The notes under the pieces are model-generated. The model did not search any database and was not told the origin of the DNA. It was given only the letters and a program-made list of their open reading frames with translations. A program made the translations under genes and the position numbers. DNA of 63,378 nucleotides, filler included, from Octopus bimaculoides (Eukaryota), in NCBI RefSeq assembly GCF_001194135.2. It is 6 parts of 6 records of this genome, joined end to end, with 100 filler letters (N's around TTAATTAATTAA, not from the genome) between each part and the next. Parts side by side here need not be neighbours in the genome. Positions count along the whole stretch, not along the records: positions 1 to 7,755 come from NC_068992.1; positions 7,856 to 34,679 come from NC_068995.1; 4 more parts are not named here. The stretch is one strand, 5' to 3'. Shown here in pieces: positions 1 through 9,928 of this stretch (position 1 is the first letter of the stretch; every line of letters begins with the position of its first letter).

Positions 1-280
1 TAAGAAACAGTTTATAAGAACAGTCTTTTTTTTTATTTAACAGGCACTACATGGTTACCATTGTTTTGAATACACATTGCAATACGTTTACCCCACTCAT
101 TGTGAACTCGTAATAGCACATCTGGTGATACGTGTGCAAAGGAGTTGGTGATGCGTTCCTTCAAATGATTTATATCTTTTATCTTTCCACGATACATCAT
201 GCCTATCAAATTCCCCCAAAGATAGAAATCAAGAGGGGTCAGATCAGGGGATCTAGGGGATCTTATAAACTGTTTCTTAT
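1..280 (-). mobile_element. Internally deleted Tc1/mariner (maT/DD37D-like) element carrying the transposase C-terminus
   Basis: Minus frame 260->33 reads SPRSPDLTPLDFYLWGNLIGMMYRGKIKDINHLKERITNSFAHVSPDVLLRVHNEWGKRIAMCIQNNGNHVVPVK*, the SPDL.P.D..LWG catalytic-end motif. It is flanked by a perfect 18-bp inverted repeat (1-18 TAAGAAACAGTTTATAAG / 262-279). Confidence 0.85.
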
Positions 281-425
281 AAAGACATAATTTTTTCTTA
301 TGTATGGAGACTTTTGAATCATCCTGTATTTATCCAAAACGAAATGCAGTGGAATCGAATCAGATGCAGTGCCACATGATAGGGATGTTTTTAACTGATT
401 ACATGTCCACGGCTGCATCAACGGA

Positions 426-592
426 GACGCACATGTGGCTGTGTGGTAAGAAGCTTGCTTTCCAGCCACATGGTTCTGGGTTCAATCCCACTGCGTGGCA
501 CCTTTGGTAAGTGCTTTCTACTATAGCCTCGGGCCTACCAAAGCCTTGTGAGTGGATTTGGTAAACAGAAACTAAAAGGAAGAATTTAGAAA
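426..592 (+). mobile_element. tRNA-derived SINE, family A (5' part)
   Basis: GTGGCTGTGTGGTAAG...GGTTCAATCCCACTGCGTGGCACC head; same sequence recurs at 6053, 6231, 26548 and 33203. Confidence 0.85.
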
Positions 593-1000
593 AGTAGGAG
601 AAAACTCTTCAAATATAAATAAAGTGGAAGTATACAAAAATAAACATTATTTTCTATTTTACTGTTAGTTTTGTTTCATTTTAAAAAATTAAAATTTATT
701 TTATGGACTTATTGTTTTTATTTTGAATTACATATATATGCGATCACCCAAAATGTTTTAAGTGCTTAGGACCTTTATAGGTCATAGTCCGGCCCTGCCT
801 CCAAATTATACATCACAGTAGATGAACCGATGCCACAGACATCACACTGCGTACGTACCAAAACACTGCAGTCCATTTTTTTTCAAAAGTTCTGTTTATT
901 ATTGATCGATATGGATGGGTGTTTACGTTTGACACCATCATTTAAGCTCTCAGTTCTCTTATCTATAGTGACCATAGCCAGAACGGGCACGCTTTCAATA

Positions 1001-1194
1001 CACTTGCCCAAACTGAATTACTGGAGTTATTTCAATTTTTCCAGAAAAAATGTTTTAGAAAAGTTATAGAGGTTTAAAGTTTGATCCTGTTTCCTGACTG
1101 GGTGAAAATGATCAAACTTTAAACCTCTATAACTTTTTTAAAACATTTTTCTGGAAAAAATGAAATAACTCCAGCAATTCAGTTTGGGCAAGTG
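1001..1194. mobile_element. Fold-back MITE, Tc1/mariner-type (TA target duplication)
   Basis: Arms of about 86 bp (1001-1086 / 1110-1194) are near-perfect inverted repeats around a 23-nt loop; TA at 999-1000 and 1195-1196. Confidence 0.85.
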
Positions 1195-1200
1195 TATTAT

Positions 1201-1460
1201 TGTGCTAACGTCGGAGTAACCAGTGAACATCGAAGGATCAACACCAAGGAAGAAATATTATTTACATATATTTATTCGTTTGCCTGACAGGTAGTTAGAG
1301 GACAGAAGAGTTGCTGTCTGCCAGTAGAAAGGGAAAGAGTAAGGAATGCACGGTGCTGACTAGAAAAGAAGAAATGATAAAGGTGGTTCTGCTCTGATTG
1401 GCTATATGCAAATGAGTTCATTACTAGGGTCCGGAACTCTCGTGGGAAAAAAATTCGCGA
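1201..1460 (-). mobile_element. Possible LTR-like fragment
   Basis: Minus strand ends ...GTTAGCACA with an upstream AATAAA, plus a CCAAT box and an octamer. No TSD, and the other end merges into a SINE. Confidence 0.3.
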
Positions 1461-1598
1461 ACGGGATGCCAGTCTGCTACAGAATTACTCATTTACAGCC
1501 GAATGGACTGGAACAAAGTACCGCTCGATCTAGAAATCGAAACCACGATCTTGCAATCGTGAGTGCAACACTCTGACCACAAGGCCACATGCCTTCAT
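1461..1598 (-). mobile_element. Diverged tRNA-derived SINE fragment related to family C
   Basis: GAAATCGAAACCACGATCTTGC...CACTCTGACCACAAGGCCACATGCCTTCA resembles 3676-3743 and 31430-31503. Confidence 0.55.
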
Positions 1599-1767
1599 AT
1601 TTATGGTTCTTGTTTCAGCGAACCTGGAGGAATATGTAAGATCAAATCCCGTGGAGCTTGATCTCGGAACACAACTAAATGACTGTAATATATCTAATCT
1701 CTTGATCTACCGTTCGTGCCTAATTTACCACCCTATTCCCCATTTACAATGACAGCACGAACAACTA

Positions 1768-1975
1768 CAGTAGTAGTAGTAGTAGTAGTAGAAGTAGTAG
1801 TAGTAGTTGTAGCAGCAGCAGCAGCAGCAGCAACAGAAGTAGAAGCAGCGACAAAAACAATAACCACAATTCTTACGATGACGAGGAAGAGGAAGAAAAT
1901 GAAGGTGATGATGGGAATCAAAACAACGAAGATGACGGTGGTGATGTTGATGATGATGACGATGACTTGGATAAT
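1768..1975. repeat. Compound triplet microsatellites (GTA/GCA/GAT)
   Basis: Directly visible; explains the poly-V/A/T ORFs. Confidence 0.9.
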
Positions 1976-2246
1976 AGAGAAGGGAAAAATTGAAAGGAAG
2001 AAAACAAAAAGAAAACAAGAACAATGAGTACAATTGCAACAGCAATAATAACAATATTAACAGCAATAAGTAGATTAAAAAATATATATAATAAAAATGT
2101 AAACCGGAAAAAAAATGAAGACGTTCGCGCGATTGATGTAAACGAAAAAGCAGACTTATTCAAAAACGGGAATAAATACCTACTTAAGCGCGCCACTGAA
2201 AAGATGTTGACAAGATGGAGAATACGCTGATATTGATTTTTCTCAC

Positions 2247-2407
2247 CTCCCACATAAAAGAGTTATCATCATGAGTCTTGATTTCGCTAGTGTTGACAAT
2301 ACGTCCTTTAAACGGGCCAAACCTTGTGCCTTTCGATATGACGGTATTCGTACAAAAGATACCGTAGTGTACCGCCCCTGCAAAGGTCGTCTGATAGATA
2401 GCAAGAC
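2247..2407 (-). CDS. PRDM14: PRDM14 internal exon encoding the N-terminal part of the PR/SET domain
   Basis: Acceptor ttttgacag at 2408+, donor GAG|gtgag at 2246; 161 nt, phase 1 to phase 0. Reads (G)LAIYQTTFAGAVHYGIFCTNTVISKGTRFGPFKGRIVNTSEIKTHDDNSFMWE, matching recalled human PRDM14 GLCLMQTVFGEVPHFGVFCSSFIAKGVRFGPFQGKVVNASEVKTYGDNSVMWE much better than PRDM12. Confidence 0.88.
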
Positions 2408-2997
2408 CTGTCAAAAGAGAATGACACATCAGATTAGAAAATGAAATATTCTCCTTCGTTCATGCTGACATGTTATTTGATCAGGAATAAAAGGAAAGAA
2501 AAAAAGAAAAAGAAAATTGTAGACAAATCGATAACTAGCGTCGGCTAATAGAATCGCTTATGGAACGCCATTTTGGAGTGTTCTGTACGCTGTTGAGTAT
2601 ATCGACATGCGAGTTAATCATCTTTTAACTGTCTGTCAAGTGAATTGTATAATAATCTTTAGTGAAGTACATGAGAACGCCAATTGATTTACTCAGCTGC
2701 CATTTCACCCTGGCACAACAGCCAAGATGCTTCATTGCTGCAGCGCAAACGATAGCCAATTTCATAATTTTATTTAGCTGGTTCTTAAGCTGTCTTCACA
2801 TGAACTAGGCGGGATTTTTTACGGTAAGGTTAAAGAGACCGAATCTTCAGTTGCTATCACTAAACTTAACCGATCTCACCAATATGTAACATTTATTGAT
2901 CAATAAGCGAAACATTTTCTGACATGGGTTACTACATACAATTCATAAGGTTAATTCAATTTGATGATTATGAACTCTTGTCAAATGCTGTTGTTAT

Positions 2998-3205
2998 TGG
3001 CGGGCTAGCAGAGTCGGAAAAAGAAACTGCCTTGTTATATTTATTCCAGTTCTTTACGATCTGAGTTCAAACTCACCGAGGTCAACTTTGTCATTCATCC
3101 CTTAAGAACCAATAAAACAAGTATCAATCAACTATTGCTGTCGATGATAACGACTAACTGTCTCCTCTCAAAATTTCAAGCTTTGTATCGAAATCATAAG
3201 TAATC
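2998..3205 (+). mobile_element. tRNA-derived SINE, family B (diverged)
   Basis: CTGAGTTCAAACTCACCGAGGTCAACTTTGTCATTCATCC core similar to 3803-4020. Confidence 0.7.
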
Positions 3206-3354
3206 ATCATCGTGTTTGTTCCAGTAGTTTCATTTTTATTGCGGGCTTTCACAATGTAGCCAAGTAAAATCATGAGCATGCTCAGTTTAATTTATTCCTT
3301 TTGCTATTTTAACTGTTCTCTTTAATTTCCATAAGTGAATTCATCAGCCATGTA

Positions 3355-3743
3355 ACATTAGCTTGGCACTCCGTCGGTTACGACGTCGAGGGTTCCAATT
3401 GATCCGATCAACGGAACAGCCTGCTCGTGAAATTAACGTGCAAGTGGCTGAGCACTCCACAGACACGTGTAACCGTAACATAGTTCTCGGGGAGGTTCAG
3501 CGTGACACAGTGTGACAAGGCTGGCCCCTTCGAAATACAGGTACAACAGAAACAGGAAGAAGGAGTGAGAGAAAGTTGTGGTGAAAGAGTACAGCAGGGT
3601 TAGCCACCATCCATTGCCGGAGCCTTGTGGAGCTTTAGGTGTTTTCGCTCAATAAACAATCACAACGCCCGGTCTGGGAATCGAAATCGCGATCCTACGA
3701 CCGCCAGTCCGCTGCCCTAACCACTGGGCCATTGCGCCTCCAC
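3355..3743 (-). mobile_element. tRNA-derived SINE, family C, near full length
   Basis: Minus-strand head GTGGAGGCGCAATGGCCCAGTGGTTAGGGCAGCGGACT...TTTCGATTCCCAGACC with A/B-box-like motifs; 3' body recurs at 59512-59665. Confidence 0.85.
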
Positions 3744-3802
3744 AGCTGCATAGGATAAGGACAGGATAAAGACCCTTCCCAAGTCAATATAGATTTACAG
3801 GA

Positions 3803-4020
3803 CGGCGGGGAGCTGGCAGACACGTTAGCACGCCGGACGAAATGCTTAGCGGTATTTCGTCTGTCTTTACGTTCTGAGTTCAAATTCCGCCGAGGTCGAC
3901 TTTGCCTTTCATCCTTTCGAGGTCGATAAATTAAGTACCAGTCGCGTACTGGGATCGATTTAATTGACTGGTCCCCTCCCCCAAAATGTCGGGACTTATG
4001 CCTAGAGTAGAAATGAATAT
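3803..4020 (+). mobile_element. tRNA-derived SINE, family B (MetaSINE-like central domain)
   Basis: GGCGGGGAGCTGGCAG head, B box GAGTTCAAATTCC, and GCCTTTCATCCTTTCGAGGTCGATAAATTAAGTACC resembling the Meta/Sauria-SINE domain (recalled). Confidence 0.85.
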
Positions 4021-4122
4021 TTTCCTTTTGTATTTTTCTATTGTAGCAGATATAGACTACCTAATAATGCTATTAACCCAACCCTGGGTTCTCATTCCTA
4101 AGGTATTTTTTTGCTGATGTTA

Positions 4123-4124
<2 letters not shown>

Positions 4125-4190
<66 letters not shown>

Positions 4191-4280
4191 TACCAACCTA
4201 CCTACCTACTTACCTACCTACCTACCTACCTACCTACCTACCTACCTACCTACCTACCTAACTAACTAAATAAATAAATG
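4125..4280. repeat. (ATT)n + (CCTA)n microsatellites
   Basis: Directly visible. Confidence 0.95.
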
Positions 4281-5286
4281 AAAGATATAGAGAATGAAAG
4301 CAGAACATGAAAATCCAAGGAAACTACCATGCAAAAAAAAAAAAAAAAAAGATGAAAAAAATACAAACAATTCAAACAGTGGAATACATGTTATGCCGTA
4401 AGTCATAGCATTTTCAGGTGCAGCAACTTCTCAGATACCGATTGTCCAGAACCTTTTATAATCTGCGTTACTGATTTACAAACAAGAACTTCAAATTCCT
4501 GAAGCCGCTAGACTAGTTTACTGGTATCTTGCACACTAAGGACTAGAGTCGATGCGACTCTACTCTATACTGTTTTCTCCCCCATCGTTTTCTCTCTCAT
4601 CCTTTCTCTAATTCCCTTTTTTTCTCCCTTTCACCGTTTTCTATCTGTCTCTCTCTTTCTCTCTCTCCTCCCCTTTCTCTATTATTCTCTCTCGTTGCTC
4701 ACACGTGACCATCGTCCATCTTTCTTTCCCTCACGAGATCACCTTTCTTTTCTTTCAGGATTGTCCTAAGGACTAGACGTATCCTATATCTCATTCTTCT
4801 ATCTTTTCTCTTATAGAAAATATCTCTCCAGCGTTCGCTATTTTACCCTCGTTCTGGTATAACGACCCTCCATGTTTCTTTTCGTTCGGTTTCCTTGTAT
4901 GTATCCACTGTCCTGTTTTTGTTCCCAACTTTGATCCACTATAAATCCCAAATTTTATTTTGGTACTAATGGGAGCAACTGTCTTCGAAGACGTAATCGA
5001 CTATCCTCCACCCCTGAAATTCCAGGCCTTGTGGCTTTAGTAGAAATGATTCTTACACAAAACTATAGATGTAGAAAGGGAATGACCAGTCAACATATGT
5101 AACTCTTTATTTTATGATTAAGATCAGATTTACTGATCAATTTTGTTCTCAGTATTCGATTTACGTATCGATTTCCTTATGAAAATTCAATTCATAAATT
5201 GCTTTATTAATTTACAAAGACAAAGACAAAATTTGGTTGGTCCCCCGCTTCGTCTCTGTAACTCATCCTCTTTCTCTATTCCTCAT

Positions 5287-5289
<3 letters not shown>

Positions 5290-5333
<44 letters not shown>

Positions 5334-5650
5334 TACACTCTCTCTTGCACATTGACTTTCTCTCTTTCACATTCTCTCTCTCTTTCCCATTGACTCTGTC
5401 TCTCTGTTTCACTTGTACTCTCTCACTCCCTCTCCACATACACGCGCACACGCACACGCGCGCACATTCGCGCGCGCGCGCACTCACACACACACACACA
5501 CACACACACATGCAGAAACGCAAATACAGATAACTCCGTACGCACATACACACGTTTCCAGAAACACAGACACACATACGCACACGCACCTTCGCTCTTC
5601 TTCATCCTCTCTTTCTCTCTTTCTATCCCCCTTCTCTCTCTCTTTCTCAA
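5290..5650. repeat. (CT)n / (CA)n / (CG)-mixed microsatellite cluster
   Basis: Directly visible. Confidence 0.9.
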
Positions 5651-6052
5651 ACATACATAAAACAAATTAATTAGCATAAAAGGCAGAAGAAAAACCCCAA
5701 ATGTGTTCCCAATAAAAAAAATTTGTAAAAACGTAATCACCCAAGAGTCGAAAAGAAATCCTTTGAACACTCAGTAGATAAACTATCAAGCTTTAATCCT
5801 GTATTATCTCGATCAGATTTACTAGCTTAAAAAACATTTCGGTTACTAAAACAATACAATTAAACAAAGATTTTATTTAAGATTTCATTATATTCTTGAA
5901 AATTATTAAATATCACGTACAAATCGTATGGATTCATCTCTATATTCTTGTGGAATCTATTCAGAGTCTATGTGGCGTTGCATAGTTCAGTGAAAAATTA
6001 ATCAGATTGAGAGAGATAAATTATTGTAGTTTTCAAAAAGATGACGAATGTA

Positions 6053-6195
6053 GGCGCAAACATGGCTGTGTAATTTAAGAAGCTCGTTTTGCAACTACGT
6101 GGCTTCGCGTTCAATCCCACGGCGTGGCACCTTGGGCAAGTGTCTTCTGCTAAAACCCCGGGCCGACCAATGTCTTGTAAGTTAATTTTGTAGTT
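6053..6195 (+). mobile_element. SINE family A (5' part)
   Basis: GGCGCAAACATGGCTGTG...CGTGGCACCTTGGGCAAGTGTCTTCT. Confidence 0.8.
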
Positions 6196-6230
6196 AATTT
6201 TGTATACACACATATATATATATATATATA

Positions 6231-6604
6231 TACGACGAGCTTCTTTTAGTCTCCCTCTACCAAATCCACTCACAAGGCTTTGGTCGGCCCGAGGCTATAG
6301 TAGAAAACACTTGCCTAAGGTGCCACGCAGTAGGACTGAACCCAGAACCGTGTGGTTGGCAAGCAAGCTACTTACCACACAGCCACTCTTAATAATAATA
6401 ATAATAATAATAATAATANNNNNNNNNNCATATATATATATATATATACGACGAGCTTCTTTTAGTCTCCCTCTACCAAATCCACTCACAAGGCTTTGGT
6501 CGGCCCGAGGCTATAGTAGAAAACACTTGCCTAAGGTGCCACGCAGTAGGACTGAACCCAGAACCGTGTGGTTGGCAAGCAAGCTACTTACCACACAGCC
6601 ACTC
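6231..6604 (-). mobile_element. SINE family A, two identical copies across a 10-N gap
   Basis: 6231-6388 and 6446-6604 are identical; the second is probably an assembly duplication. Confidence 0.85.
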
Positions 6605-6654
<50 letters not shown>

Positions 6655-6664
6655 CATCATAATA

Positions 6665-7138
6665 ATCCTTTCTACTAAATGCACAAGGCTTGAAATTTGT
6701 GGGGAGGAAACTAGTCGATTACATCGACCCCAGTATTTCACTGGTACTTCATTTATCGACCCCGAAAGGATGAAAGGCAAAGTCGACCTCGGCGAGATTT
6801 GAACTCAGAACCTAGCGACGGTCGAAATGTCGCTGAGAATTTTGCTCGATTAACAGTATCCTCGACCTGAATCAGTAATTATCACGTGCTCGACGTGCTA
6901 ACGATTTTTATTTCTTTACTGCCCAGAAGGGGCTACACACAGAGGGGACAAACCAGGACAGACAACGGATTAAGTCGATTGTATCGACTCCAGTGCATAA
7001 CTGGTACTTATTTAATCGACCTCGAAAGGATGAAAGACTAAGTCGACCTCGGCGGAATTTGAACTCAGAACGTAAAGACGGATGAAATGCCGTTAAACAT
7101 TTCGCCCGGAGTGCTAACGATTCCGCCAGCTCGCCGGC
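6665..7138 (-). mobile_element. Two tandem SINE family B copies
   Basis: Reverse complements of 3803-4020 at about 6665-6845 and 6960-7138; CpGs intact. Confidence 0.85.
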
Positions 7139-7799
7139 TTAATAATATTACAAACGTACATACATACATACATACAGTCATACGTACGTACATACATACG
7201 AAAACTGATGTACATACATATGCAAACAGATACGCACTCTCTTTCTCTCTCTCACTCCCTCTCTCTGACACACACGCACGCACGCACACATATACATGCA
7301 CATCACAGATCTATCACAAAATACTGAGCAACACATGCTGCTAACAGACAAACGCGTATACACAAACATGGGCTCAAGCATGCGCACAAGCACATCGTAC
7401 AGAAACACACATACACAAGTACTAACAGTCACACACACACACATTCTGCACGGAAATCCGTACATACAGATAGTGCACAGCAACACCATTTGCACACACA
7501 CAAAAAAGCTAGGCATACACACATGCACACATCGCATAATACATAAACGAGATGATGGAGCAGTTTGAATTGTGTTGTGTTTAAAGACAAGAAGCTTGTG
7601 AAGAGATGCGTTGTTTAGATTAGATCTCGCTAAGTGATAATTACTGATTCAGGCCGAGGATACTGTTAACAATCGTGGGTCGGAGGTGGGTGGTTGGGTG
7701 GGGCTTCAGTGAGGTGGGAGAAGTTGGTGGAGTTGGGTGTGTGTGTGTGTGTGTGNNNNNNNNNNNNNNNNNNNNNNNNNNNNNNNNNNNNNNNNNNNN

Positions 7800-7811
7800 T
7801 TAATTAATTAA
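7800..7811. other. Artificial scaffold-join linker TTAATTAATTAA (also 34724-34735, 44391-44402, 58415-58426, 62319-62330)
   Basis: Identical palindromic six-frame-stop 12-mer with 44 N on each side (100 bp total) at five places. Confidence 0.95.
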
Positions 7812-7855
7812 NNNNNNNNNNNNNNNNNNNNNNNNNNNNNNNNNNNNNNNNNNNN

Positions 7856-8668
7856 CGTTCGTTCATACGTACTTTCGTTCCTTCATTCGTTCGTACGTAC
7901 GTTCATTTGTTCATGCGTTGGTTCATTCTTTCGTTCGTTCGTTCGTAGGTACGTACGTATGTACGTTCGTTTGTTCATTCGTGCGTACGTACTTAGGTAC
8001 GTACTTACGTACGATCGTTTGTTCGTTCGTACGTACGTATCTACGTACGTACTTTCGTTCGTTAGTTCGTACTTACGCATGTACGTACGTACACACGTTG
8101 GTACGTACGTATGTTCGCTTGTTCGTACGTATGTACGTACCTTCGTTAGTTCGTTTGTACGTCCGTACGTACGTTCTTTCGTTCGTTCGTACGTACGTTT
8201 GTTCCTTAATTCTTTCGTTCGTTCGTTCGTTTGAACGTAAGTTCGTTCGTACGTGTTTACGTTCGTTTTTTTCTTTATTTCGTTTGTTAGTTCGTTTTTT
8301 CTTTCTTTCGTTCAATCTTTCGTTCGCTCGTTCGTACGTACGTACTTTCGTTCGTTCATTCGTTCTTTTGCTCCTTCGTTCGTACGTTACATTATTTCGT
8401 TTGTGCGTTCGTTGAATCTTTCGTTCCTTCCTACGTACATGCTTACGTACGTGCGTTCGTTCGTATGTACCTACATTTGTTCGTTAAATCGTTTGTTCTA
8501 TCGTTCGTTCCTTCTTTAATTCGTACGTACGTACGTTCTTTCATTCGTTGATTTGTATGTACGTACATAAGTACTACGTATTTTCGTTCCTTCGATCGTT
8601 CGTACTTACGTTCGAAGGAACAAAAGAACGAACGAATGTACGCAAGTACGTACGAACGAAAGAATATA

Positions 8669-8706
<38 letters not shown>

Positions 8707-9928
8707 AATAAATAAATAAAAACGAAAGAATAAATATATATATAAATAAATAACTAAACAAATAGATATATATATACGTTCGTTCGTTCATTCGTACAGT
8801 CCTTAATTTCGTTCATACGTGCGTACGTTAGTTCGTTCGTTCTTACGTTCATTCGTACGGACGTACGTACGTGCGTTCGTTCGTTAGTACGTAGGTACGA
8901 ACGTACGTACGTTCCTGCGTTCGTTCGTTTGTTCGTACATACGTTCGCTCGTTCCTTCATTTCTTTTCTTCGTTCGTACGTACTATCGTTCATTTGCTCG
9001 TTCGTTCTTCCGTACGTAAGTTCGTTCGTTCCTTCATTCGTACGTAAGTACGTACTTTCGTTGGTTCATTCTTTCTTTCGTTAGTTCGTTCGTTCTTTTG
9101 TTCGTTCGATTTTCCTTTATTTCGTTTGTTCGTTCGTTCATACGTACTTTCGTTCCTTCATTCGTTCGTACGTACGTTCGTTTGTAGGTACGTACGTATG
9201 TACGTTCGTTTGTTCATTCGTGCGTACGTACTTACGTACGATCGTTTGTTCGTTCGTACGTACTTATCTACGTACGTACTTTCGTTCGTTCGTACTTACG
9301 CAGGTACGTACGTACGTTCGTACGTACGTACGTATGTACGTATTTTCATTAGTTCGTTTGTACGTCCGTTCGTTCGTTCGTACGTACGTTTGTTCCTTAA
9401 TTCTTTCGTTCGTTCGTACTTGTTTACGTACGTATGTACGTTCGTTTTTTCTTTATTTCGTTCGTTAGTTCGTTCGTTCGTACGTACGTACGTACGTACT
9501 ATCGTTCATACGTTCATTTGCTCGTTCGTTCTTCCGTACGTACGGACGTATGAATATGTTTCCGTTCGCTCATTCGTTCGTCCGTACGTAAGTTCGTTCG
9601 TACAAACGTACGTTCGTTCGTACCTTCATTCGTACGTAAGTACGTTCGTCTGTTCGTTCGAACGTAAGTTCTCTCGTTCGTTCGTTTTTTCTTTATTTCG
9701 TTCTTTAGTTCGTCTGTTCATTCGTGCGTGCGTACTTAGGTACCTACTTACGTACGATCGTTATTTCGTATGTACTCATGTACGTACGTACACACGTACG
9801 TACGCAGTTACGTCGTACGATTGTTCGTGCATACGTACGTACGTACGTTCGTTCTTTCGTTCGTACCTTCAATCGTTTGTTCATTCGTACATACGGTCGT
9901 TCGTTAATTCTTTCGTTCGATCGAACGT
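7856..9928. repeat. CpG-rich (TTCG/TACG) mosaic satellite with higher-order repeats and an internal inversion
   Basis: Built from TTCG, TACG and TATG words. The block starting 7856 recurs at 9131 and partly at about 9715; orientation is reversed at about 8605-8780. Confidence 0.9.

Noticed and set aside
2024-2230. 68-aa plus-strand ORF
   Set aside because: Antisense to the PRDM14 intron, partly low complexity, no recognisable motif.
3676-3743. tRNA-like sequence
   Set aside because: Head of a SINE, continuous with the SINE body; not a tRNA gene.
6429-6610. Exact tandem SINE duplication (similar cases at 29735-29810 and 40796-40850)
   Set aside because: Identical sequence on both sides of a gap is typical of unmerged contig overlaps.
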